This document shows, piece by piece, positions 11,901 to 23,900 of a DNA stretch of 64,000 nucleotides (positions are counted from its first letter, which is position 1; each line of letters starts with the position of its first letter). Where the stretch lies: positions 1,178,001 through 1,242,000 of the forward strand of contig CM114271.1 in the NCBI GenBank assembly GCA_050084515.1, given 5' to 3'. This stretch comes from Blasia pusilla. Lineage: Eukaryota. A model generated the notes under the pieces. The model was not told the DNA's origin, did no database searches, and was given only the letters and a program-made list of their open reading frames with translations. Both the position numbers and the translations under genes were made by a program.

Positions 11901-14900
11901 TCAAGAGACACACCTTGCCTGGATGAGTATGGTGTACCTCCATGTAGATCTCCTCTTTCAGTTCTCCATTTAAGAATGCAGTCTTCACATCCATCTGTTC
12001 CACCTCCCAATTATGTTGAGCTGCTAATGCCAAGAGAACTCTAATGGATCCATACCTTGCAACAGGAGCAAAGGTCTCCTGATAGTCTAAACCAGCCTCC
12101 TGATTGAAGGATTTTGCAACCAGACGTGCCTTGTACTTCAAGATCTCATTCTTTGGTCCCCTTTTTATTCTGAAGACCCATTTGCAACCAATGGTCTTTC
12201 TACCAGGTTGCAAATCTACAAACTCCCATGTCTCATTTTTCTCTTGAGACCTTTTCTTCTGCCACAGCCTGCTCCCACTGTTTGAATCATTCCTGCTCAT
12301 AGCCTCACTCAAAGAGTTGGGCTCTACAACTCCTTCTTCAATAGAATGAGCTTGACAGGTTTGGAAATTCTTCCAGATCTCCTTTGCTCTGAGATCTCCT
12401 TGATCACTCCCTCTGTGGACTCATGTGCCTCTAGAACTTGCTTGGCTGCACTTCTCCTTTGGTACACCTTCATAGGCTGATCATTTTCAACATGATCTTC
12501 CCTCTCTTACATTGGGTGCAAGTATCTAATCCTCCACTACATTCTGCAAGTGTATCCTTTCATACTTCCTCCTTATCAGCATCTTGATGTGAGTTGACAC
12601 TACAGGGATGTTTACAGGAGTGACAACAGAAGTGATTACTGGCATCACTTGGTGAATTGACTCTTTGTGCTCAGAGTCTTTCCAAAAACTCTTCTCATCA
12701 AAAGTCACATCATTGCTTGAATTGCCTTGCAGGTTCTAGGATTATACAACATGTATCCTTTCAGCCCTTCTTCATACCCAACAAATATGTAAGCCTTTGC
12801 ATCTAGTTTCCTCCTTTGTGTATCAGGGGTGAGGCATAGCCAACACAACCAAACACTTTCAATCTAGAAATGTCAGGTTTCTTACCAGACCAGCACTCTT
12901 CTGGAGTTACATTCTTCAAGGCCGTGTGGGACTGATGTTCCTCAGACAATTTGCTGTCATGATAGCTGCTCCCAGAATTCTTGACCAAGCTTGGCATGTT
13001 GCAACATGCTCAAGGCTTTTCTTGCAAGGTTCTATTCAACCTTTCAGCTACTCCATTTTGGTGGGGCTGTTGTAACATCTTTTAATATCCCCTTGGCTGA
13101 GAGATATGCTTGAAAGTCTTTACTTGCATATTCTCCTCCTCCATCAGACCTAAGTCTCTTCACTCTTAGTTCAACTTGCCTCTCTGTCATGTTGACAAAG
13201 ATAACAAATTTCTCTAGAACTTGAGCCTTGCTGCTTATCAGGTACACAAAAATGCTCCTCCTAGTGACTTTACAGGCATTGGTCCACACACATCAGAGTG
13301 AATCAAGTCCAATAATCTTTCAGACCTGTTAAGTGACCTTCTGGGAGCGGGTGACTTGTGAGCTTTCCCTTGCACACAAGCCTCACAGAACTCAAGCTTC
13401 TGTGACTTTCAATCTCCACACCACATGACATTCCTTGCAGAGCTCGAATGCTGTGTTCGCCAGGTGCCCCAATCTGCAATGCCACAGATTCAGCAAGCTC
13501 CTATTCTCAGTGAGATTTACCTGCTCCTCTGGATCACATTCCAGCAGTTTGAACAAATTTCCTTGTACCACTCCTCGGCACAAGACTTTCCCATTTCTTT
13601 CAAGTGTGCAAGTCTGGTTTGAGTTCCAGAAGTGCACATCAATTCCTGCCTCCAATAATTTCTTAACTGACAACAGATTTTTTATGTAATCTGCAACATA
13701 TAACACTCCATGCAGCTGCCATTTCATCAATTTGCTTTCATCAGCACTGAAGAAAATAGAAACTGAGCCAACCCCTCCCACAGGACTTAACAATCCAGAA
13801 GCACTTCTCACGTGATGATTACTTGCTGGTTTTAGGTCTGAGAACAATCTTGATAACAGACATGTGATGGAGTCCACCCACCATCCACTGCTCCTCTTGA
13901 GATCTTTCTCACACGAGGCCATCATGAAAGAACAGCAACTTTCATCAGATGTGTATTCAGTAGTCATCACTCCAGCAACCTTTGCCTTATCCTTGTAGGA
14001 GGTACTTTGCTTCTCCATCAACTTCTCTTGATTCTTGACTGCAGATCCACTCCTTTTAACTTTCTCTCCCTTTTCAACTTCTTTGGACAATTGAGCAAGA
14101 TGTCCCTTCTCTGCACAAATGTAACAAGTTCTGGTCTCTTTCCACTTCCTATCCCTGTTGAGCATGACTGTTTCTTCCACAATCACCTCTCGCTTCTGAT
14201 CATATCTCAGGAGCTTGTTGGTCACAGATTCCCATGTAAGCAAATCTGCCTCCCAGGTTTCAAAGATTGTAACCATTGTATCAAATTAGGAGGTAAGGAG
14301 GATAGCAACAGGGTTACCTTCCATATAGGAATCAGTTCCTGTCCAACTGCTTTCACTTGTGCAAAAGTTGACTCCATTTTGGCAATGTGAGCTGCAACTC
14401 TATCTGTGTCAGCCATCCTTGTGAGCTCAATGTCTTCCATCTTTGCATAGCTAGAGTCAAAGCTGACTCCTTGTTCAAACTCTTCAGCTTGGACCAGATC
14501 TCCCAAGCATTGCTTATACCATCCACCAACTCCCTCATAGAGGAGTTCAGGGTCTGTTTGAGTAAGATAGCTGCCAACTGATTTTGCAAGTTTACCACAA
14601 GCTCTTCTAGATTGTGAGGTTTCATCTCAACATACACCCACAACCCTTTCAGCATTAGAATGTCCATCATGGTTCTGGACCATTCTCTATAGTTCCCACC
14701 ATCTAACTTCTCTACACTGCTGAAATCACTAAGAGAAAGGTTTGGGGTGGGCCCATAACCTGAGAAAATGATTGACCAGCAGAAGTATCCCTTGTACAAA
14801 GTCAGAGCTAGCATCAGCTAGACCATCCATGATTTCAGCTTGTACACAATCAGCAAATCAGTTCCTAATTGCCAAATCAGAGCCCTACCATGATGTGACT

Positions 14901-17900
14901 CTTCTTACTATCTAAGAGATACTAAGAAGGATTCTACTCAGCCACACCTTGCACTCACTACAGGTCCTCACATGTCACTAGCTCAGAGATCAGACATGAC
15001 TCACCATTGAGCACAAACAATCTCCATCAGCATTCTAGACAAATCAACCTGCCTTCCAGTGAGGCTCTAGCAAGCACAGCAATTAGTCTCAATCTCCTCT
15101 TCCTACTCTCTGATTCTGCAGCAGGACCAAGAGCCTCAGGAGTCCTCACCAAAACTGTGCATGCTGTAGAATTGGCTTCTGCTCTCTAAAGAGAGACATT
15201 ATATACATGAGGGTGAGCACTTCTGGCCCTTGGATCTTCTTGAACAGATCCATACCCTAAATAACAGATGGTGGCTAGCCCTAACTCGAGAATTGCCCTA
15301 ATTCAAGGTTACCCTAAAAAGATAGAGGAACACTAAGTTATCTCTAGCTAACTAAATTAGTATCCAACTAAGTTAGTATTTGACTAACTACTTTTAGGGC
15401 ATGACTAAACTAGATATTAACAAATTTCAACAGTGTAACCCACCTTGATTGGATAAGCCTTGTACCTCCCTAGAATCCAACCTTATCAGGGGTTGGAACA
15501 AGATTTTAAGTAGATGGAGAATATTTTCGGTTGTTAAGTTACTCAACTGATACTAAAAGAGCACCAGAGTGAGTGTTATAGTGAAAGTGTTCTCAGAACT
15601 TTATGCTGCTGGGAAGACGTTTGGAATTCACGAGGTATGAAATATGTTTACCTGAACCCTCAATGTCGACCCTCAAGGGAAAGAGAAGTATTGTATACAA
15701 TGAAATGTATGGAAAGGGAAGTAGTGTACAATCAATCCCTTTCCATCGCTTCTGTGCGAGGCCAAATTCCCTTGTGTATGTTTCCAGGTTGAGCATCTCA
15801 TCTGGCAGCACTCCTGAGGATGCAATTGTTTAATTGGTGTGTTCCACTTCTGAAGTAACCCTTCAGTTATCAAATCAGCTCTTAACAGAAGCTTGAGCAG
15901 ATTTATGGTGGAGATAATTCACATATTCATATTCAATTATCTCATCTATGTGCATACCATTTGACTCTCACTGGACTATTGAATGGCTGTGTCTGATGCC
16001 CACATTTTAAAAAGAACAGGCTTGAAGTTGGGTAGTAGAAACCAAAGTAAGGCATGAGGAAGGCTTACTCGAGCTGCCAAGGTTGGTGTGGGATTGAATT
16101 TGGAGTGGCGCTTCTGGAGCAGAAACATGGGAGTTGAGTGACAAGTTGAAATGTCGGAAGTAGCTGGAACCAATGTAACCCTATTGCTGCTCTAAAGTGT
16201 TGTCAGGCATCACTTGGGCCCAAAGGAAGCCACGAAAGGAAGTCTTGGATATAAAAGGGTTCAAGAGATGTCAGTGCAATAAAGCTCTCTGCCAGGCCGG
16301 AACTGTGGGAGCAAGATGAGTACTACTTTGTGGAGACCATATCTAAAGCTTTAGGAGAGGGCTCACAGGAACAGAGACTTAAATCAAGCAACTGAAATGT
16401 CAAACCAGTAGAACTGTAGAACTACTTACAGAGGACTGCTTGTTTGGGAATCTTTCCATAGTTCCAGAACATCCATCCATCCATCCACAGGAAGGATGGA
16501 AAATAATCAAAGTCCTTACGTGACAACACAGATGAATTTTCTATATACCACTGGATTATGTTATATTTATCACTTAAATTGCAACACACTACACTGAAAT
16601 TGCTTATCTAGTCTCACGGAGTTGTTCATTGTGTGTGGTGCCCCAAGCCATGGCACTGGTTAGTAATGTCTATTGATGATCCAAATCAGGTAAGTTAGAT
16701 TAGATAGAGTTATAAGGAGTTTTCTGGTTGGTTACTTCAAGCTCCGCACCAGTGCTCATTAGGATAAGATCTCATAGTATATGCGTGTCTTTCCTCGGAT
16801 GTGATACTTGCTTCCTCCTTTCTTCCCTCTTCAATTCTGGGACCATTCCAGCCCCTCTCACACTATCTAAGGCTGGACGCGGGAGCTGTATCTCAAATTT
16901 AAGATATGCAGGACTTGACAATTACAGTCTCTTGGAGAAGTTAGGTATGGTCAACTAAGGCAGTACTAACATGTGCAACAGATTGAGTCACTGAGCACTC
17001 ACACATTTGGCTTGCCACACACAGTGCTTGGTATGCAGCTGACCTAATTTCAGGGTCTGTGTCCCAAGTTTAAGATATGTACCACTTGACAGGTACAGTC
17101 TCTTGGAGAAGCTAGGTGGTAAACAAAGGGAGTTTTAACTTGTGCAGTGGATTGTGTCATTGAGCAATCACACATTTAGCTTGCCCGTACCAAAGTGGAC
17201 ACTCTCCACACACCAAATACAGTGCTTGATATGGAACTTGTCTAATTTTCCAATCAGTGTAATGAGCCTTACACTCGCACAGAACCATACAGAGGAGGCA
17301 GGGAATGCATTAACACTTCCCACAACACTCACAGCCCTCAGCATCACTCTAGCAAATTGAAGCAAAATATGCTATGTGAAAAGATTGTATGCACTGAATG
17401 GGAGTGAGCAGAACTCCATTTGTAAGGTCCCAATGGAGGTCTTTCCCTGTTTGACAGTGTGGCTATATCCCCTAACTTGCACCATTAAACCCAGTTATCA
17501 AACCCTGCCTCTTGGGCTCACATGAAACCCTAGTCGTGAGGTCCCAAAGCAACCGGCTTATCTCAGGAATTTGTTGATTGCTTCCGGACTGAGATACTTG
17601 TCTTGAACATGTGTGACTGTTGGAGACTTGTAATGGACATGCATTTCTTGTGGTCATGACATTGATATTATCCGATCTAATCTGAGTCAGTGTCTTCTTC
17701 CATGATTCATGAGACTTACTGTAAAAAACATTTGTCTGAACAATGCCAAACACAGCACCGTACAGATCTTTCCAAAATTCACGGAATTTTAGTAGGTTAT
17801 TGGGTCCTATGTGTGTTGAGTTGATGCAGTCTATTCGTAGGGTCGATAGAGCCTGAATTTCAATGACTAGTAGATATGTAGACTTTTTTATGTATGGCTG

Positions 17901-20900
17901 GAAGACAAAATCTGCTATTAAACTTTTGTTTGTGGGTGGAAGTTACCCAACAAGGACATCGGACTCTTTGTACAACTGGCAAAGATGTGTGCAATTCACT
18001 CCTTTGTCCAGAGGTTGCCAGTTTAGATTAAATCTTGAAAGTTTCCAAATTCTGATCTGATACACCTAAGGTTGAGTTTATTTACACTCCAGTCTGCAGG
18101 TCCCAAAATATGGTTTGTGGATGACCAGGGAGTTTTCTGGGTTCTGTTTATCCCACTTAAAGTGCTCATCTGTTACAGAACCAAAAGAAACCTTCCCTTT
18201 GTAGCACCATCCTGTGTCAGGCAGTCTGGTTCTGCATTGCTTGATTGAGACACTCTTCTCTTCTGGTCGAGTGGAGGTATTTCATGGGATAACCTTAGAA
18301 CAGTGTTAGCTGGGAGTGCACTCTCAATCAAAAAAGCTTCCACGTTTTGATGGTTTGAGTTATCTTGTTATCTTTTGGCATCTCATCTGCTGATAGTATG
18401 GACTTGTATCTTGTTTGATCCTGGATGTGGTCAAATAGAGAGATTTGATGAAAATATTGCTGGAAGTTGTTGTTTTACTGTGTTGGAGACATGTGGTTGT
18501 GAATATCACAGGTGGTTGGAAAATGGTGGACTTCTATAACCATGTGAAGCATTGCACGACTCATCCCAAATTTCTTCATAGCAATAGTACCAGCCACCGA
18601 TGGGTCTTTGGTGCCATTGCAGAGTATGTTCTGTCCTTGGTCTCTCCCTTGACAATGTATTGGGTTCAATTGGTACTTTGTTGTGAACCATTCACACTTA
18701 ACCATATATTCATGATGTGTTGTAATATGTTCTAAGAACAGAAACTTCAGGTTTCTCTCTTGTATTTCATGTCCTTGTTATCATGAGTGCTTTTTGTGGG
18801 TTGCAACGTTCAAGCTCTTGTAGGCATCTATGAAGGAAAAAGTCCCATACGTTTTGTACTGTATGTAGTTTTGTTCTGCCCATTCTATCAGCAATATGAG
18901 AACCATCATTTTGACTACATTTTTCCGTATGTGTAGCAGTCCTTGTCTCTTAAATTTTTCACAGGCTATGAAGTTCTGGTGTTAATTTTGGCAGGTTGAT
19001 CGATAATGCCATTGATCCAGATGTCAATGCATCTCAGTTCTGTATTGATATGAAGGAATTCAATGGGGAACCTTGTTTGGTATTCATGGACAATGGTTGT
19101 GGGCTAATTCCAGAGAGACTTCACAAGATGCTCAGCTTTGGCCACTCGAAGAAGGTGAGAAATGCAGTTGTATCCCACTGACTTTGGACACTATATTGGA
19201 ATATCGAAGTATCATGGCACGGGAATGCAAAATTTGATTCTCTTCAATTTGTATCTTGTAAGGATTATATTTTCCCTGCTTGACTGTTCCATAATAATGT
19301 TATGGTCGTGTGTTTTTGCAGCAAATGAATCCAGGAGATAGGTCAATTGGGAAGCATGGCAACGGTTTCAAGGTAGGGAGGTCTTCACGTCTCATATTAA
19401 GGATCGTGCTCATGCCAAAATGTTGTATAGCAGACAGTAAAGAGAATCACATTTTTGTACATTGGGCAATCTTGTAGTATGCTGTCAGGTCCTCATATTT
19501 CCGAGCTGTGGATGTTAGCCTGTCTCATCAACTAAATCATATTGTCCGTGGGTCCAGAATACATGTTTGTATCTACAATCTGATGTGCCTGACATGTGGT
19601 TTTCCAGTCAGGGACGATGCGGCTTGGAAAAGATGTCCTTGTACTCACTAAATGTGCCACCAGCATGACTGCCGGGTTTCTCTCACAAACATTTTTGGTA
19701 ACATGTGCCTGTAATAAGATTCCTCAAGCACGTTTTGTGACCTCTATTCTTTCAATCTTGCTACTTGCTTTTCACCTGTCAATCATCCTTTCAATGTGCT
19801 GTAGGTATTTCTGTAGTGTGTATCATCTGAATTGGATACCATTTATAGGTCATTGGATCAGTGGTAATGAAGCCAGTCATGAATCTCGTTTATGAACATT
19901 GTTTGGAAGTGGAAATCTCAAACTTTTGGATTCAACTAACAGAAGGAACCATCTGCTACTCTTGAATTATGCCTACTAATGAAACAATATTTGGACTGTG
20001 ATCATATTTCCAGGCAGATACACAAGCTGAGGATATACTCATCCCGCAAGTTTCATGGGATTTGGAAGGAAATATCCTTTCACCTTGTTTTGTTGTTTTG
20101 GTGATTGTTAGGAAGTTCTCCTGCAACCTGGAAATTAACATTAGACCTTGTTAAGCACATCACTAGTCACTGTACTTTTTTTCTTTTCCTTAGCATGTAT
20201 TGTAATGACTGGCAGGTCGGACATTATCATTTGTCTTGTGTGCCATCTGCATGTGTAATATGGTAGTAAGGTCTTATTCTGTTGCAGAAGATGTCTGCCT
20301 TGACGCAAGGAAACATCGTCTCTCTCCCATGGATCTCGAGATTGAAGAAAGTCTTAAGGCCATTTGTACATACTCTATCTTTCCTGATGAAGAAAGTCTC
20401 CTTGCGCAACTGGAAGCAATACCCCAAACAGGCGCAGTAAGTTTGTCCCTGCACATTCATATTCAACAACTTCCGTGTAATTACAGTCCAGTCTTGTATT
20501 CTGCCTTTGTCTTCATCTCTCTACGTTCTAGTGGGTCTATGGTCGCAAGGCTACAATAGGGGCTACTTAAGGAGTACAGTCTCTTAGTTCTAGTAGGTCA
20601 CCCAAAAATGAGAACTATATTGTTTACTGCTTACCCTAAACCAGTAGACTGAAATACAAGTTCTGGAGGTGCTACTCCCCAGAATCACTAGAAGAGTAGT
20701 ATAGTAAAGGGGTTGAGTCTCTCACCAAAATCTTTCAGATTGGCTGAGGAAGGGATAATACTCGGTTACTTGAAAGAAATTTTCTGTAGAAGAGGAAAAA
20801 CTTGAATCAGCCATCATGGTATTAGCAGAGCTAATTCTCCAAGTTCACTAGTCTATATTCCAAGCCCAAAGTTCCAGCACTGCTTAGTAATGTGTGTTCA

Positions 20901-23900
20901 GGGTCCTGTTTCATGCAAAGTTCATGTTTTTGTGGAGAGATTCCTTACTCAAACTTGGAATCCCTGTATTAACACTCCACTAAGCAAGCACTCTGACTGT
21001 TTAAAAGTCTTCATTTCTTCCTCTTGTTGCACATATCTTAGTCTTTGGCAACATCTGACCCTGTAGTAGACTACAGGACATTTAAGGCTATGACAGCCAT
21101 TATGCACTGGACTGATTCTTACTGTCTTAAGAGGAGTTATGTGTTCTTGTTTCGTAGTGGGAGTGGGAATGGTAGTATACATGGGCTTATTGAGTGCACC
21201 ATCGTGAGTAGAATGAACAAGTGAGCTGAAGGAGGTGACAGCGTGGGGTGGAGAATTTGTGCTTTTTCCCTCCACTGAGAATTGTGTGGATTGAACTTCT
21301 TCATAGCCTCCTTAAAATGAAGTGTATGGAGAGTGGTTTAAGGATATCAACATCTTCTTCCTGTTGGAATTGGTGTTGGTGAGGTGCTAAGAGAAGTACG
21401 GGATTAATTTTCCATGTTCATGTCTTGGGGGTGTGCATTGTCTTGTCAACACTGTTGTAACTGGTGTAGAAATATATCTGACGAAGTAAACATTTTCTAC
21501 TCAGCTGGTGTTCTACTGGGACTACCACGACGGATCCAGATAAGTTCCATAGTTGCCTAAACCAGTTCCGCACTCGTCATACAACTTATCCTCTAGTGTC
21601 TTCCCTGCCCAAGGAACAGAAACGTGTTGGTCAAGATAGAAGAGTCCAGCTATTTACAAGGATGATAATCCCTCAAGAACAAGGAGCTCTACTTTCTGAA
21701 GAAATGTCTTTAAGATTCTGTAGATGTTCAATATCTTGGATTTGATGTTGAGCAAATTTAGTTCTCATGATATGTTAGCATTAATAACTCGTACAGAGAG
21801 AGTTCTCAAAGCAATCGTTGTATATCCATTCAATTTCTTCAGTCTCTGTGGTGTCTTTTTCCCTTTTTACACCTGGATTTTACTCCACCTGTCCAACAGC
21901 TTTTCGGGTCTAGGTCCACCCTTCATCGCTGGAGTGGAGTTAGCCTCGTAAAGCGTGAACTTTCCTTCGCTGGCTGTTTCAAAGGTATGTAGCTCCAGAT
22001 TTGAGTCCATATGCACATACCCTTTGCACTCCACAGCTTTGTAATTTATGGTCGTGCAATTCCAGCGCTTGTTGAGGGATAAAGAATCCCAAGGTATGTT
22101 TTCCATCGTTGTTTCTGGCTGCTGCTTGCAATGACTGAATCTCTGCAAGGAGTTGCAAGAGCTTGTCTAAGTGCAGTACTCTTTACTATCTTAGGCTTCC
22201 TGTTGCTTCCATAGCAATGAGAAGTGCAGAACCGCGGGAGTAATTTTAATCCTTTCCTGGGGGAAAATGGATGGTACCTGGTCAGTAATGATTATGATTG
22301 GTGAAAGTGAGTAGCATCCAGTAACTCACCCACGTTGCATTTACTCTTGGGCTTATTCAAAGTCTGACTCCAATTTCCTTTGTATTCCATTTCTTATAGT
22401 TTCAGTTAACAAAAAAAATTGTACTTATGGACAATCTGACAAACTGGTTTCTTTCTTGTACATTGGGTGGTTACTGGTCTCTGATCGGAAGTTGAACTCC
22501 TGCCCTTTATCATTTTCAATTCAGGGCCACAATCTATTGATTGTATCCTGCTATCTTTTTATACTCTCGTCAGATTTCGTCTCTTACACTTTCTTGTCAC
22601 AGAGCCTGTGTCTGCTTCTTGTACGTTGATGGTCTCCTCATATTTTCATGTTTGTGAACCTTTCTATATGTATCTACTGTACAGACATTCTGATAGCCAA
22701 TGACAAATCTGAGTTTCGCAGTTGTCTTTGGATTAGTAATAGAATCTCTAAGAGTAGGTAGTGCTACTTGAACTTCCGTAGAAGCTGGATATTCAATCTC
22801 TGAATATCCACTAATAGGTGAGAGCCATCACCATAACTATCAGTAGCATCAAGTACTTCCTGCAATTTTTTTCACTCAGCTATGTATCAGAGTGGACTTG
22901 TGATTGCTAACTTTATCAATCAAGAGAATTCTATAAAGAAGTGTAAATTGTACTGCTTTTGTAAAGTTTGAGTATTTGGGTGGGTTAACGAGTTATAACA
23001 TGTGCGCAGATCTTAATTATCTCAAACTTGCGCCGTCATGAAGGTGTTCTTGAGCTTGACTTTGAAACAGACCCACATGACATTCGGATAACTTCTGAGA
23101 TCACTGCATCACACTTCCAACAGCTTCGTCCAAATCAGGTTGCCTTTTATGCTTCCGATTTGTACATGTGCAGACGTAGTGAAGTTTGCTTTATGTACTA
23201 TGACATGAGTCTGATTACCCTCAAGGTTTATCCTTAGGTTGAAACGAGAGACATTACTGTGCGTGCTATTCTGATCCAGATTATGAACCACCCAAGACTT
23301 TTGATTTGAATGTAATATTTCGTAACACCGGCGGCATACATGGAGTATAAGAGTTTCAGCTAGCCATATTTAAATGAGGATGAATGGGAGTGAAGCTGAT
23401 TTGATCTGCATAGGTGATGGTGATGGTTAGTGCATCCATGCCTTCCAGTCATTAGTGGTGTTTTCTGTACTTTGTTGGCTCAATCTGAGCTCAAAATGAC
23501 TGACTAAGTTTCGGCCGACATTTCTTGGGGAATGCAGCCTAATACCACTGAGGTCCCAATGGACTTCTCTTTACGGGCGTATGTATCAATTCTGTACAAG
23601 GTCCCCAGAATGCAAATCTTCATACGGTATGTTCCGCGCAGACTGTTTCCCACATGAGTTAGTGTCCATGGAAAGTAGGAGAGTGAGTGAGTAGAGGAGA
23701 AGTGCCAGGCATATGAGTCAGCCTTTGAACCCTGTGATACTGCACTGTCATATGTGAGTGGTGTTTGAAATTCAGGTGTGATGACACTTGTAATAGGACA
23801 CTTGTGATGACTAGTTCATTATTAACTATAGCAGCGTTAAACCATTCATAGAATGAGTTTATATGGAGTCATACCACTTCCCAGCTATCCACAGGGTTGT

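Larger units (their letters stand above)
11008..15432 (-). mobile_element. Ty1/Copia LTR retrotransposon in a MORC intron, antisense, internally deleted
   Basis: TG..CA LTRs at 11008-11632 and 14761-15432. 5-bp TSD GTGTA (11003-11007 and 15433-15437). Order gag (CYICAEKGH), protease (WWVDS), GAG-pre-integrase (LWHCRLGH), integrase (LRSDGGGEY), RT ([14 protein letters not shown]). PPT GAGAGGGAG abuts the left LTR. Confidence 0.95.

Noticed and set aside
14746-14760. tRNA-Met gene
   Set aside because: Only 15 nt match, flush with an LTR and with no cloverleaf. It is a PBS, as is 45158-45168.
16650-16696. Strong donor CAG|GTAAGT preceded by ATGs as an alternative MORC first exon
   Set aside because: The open ATG frame ends in phase 0 but exon 18512 needs phase 1, and the other ATG hits a stop. 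It could still be non-coding, but I cannot support that.
20450-22950. Possible decayed LINE or other TE in the MORC intron (also 15450-18400)
   Set aside because: No RT or endonuclease motif could be read with confidence.
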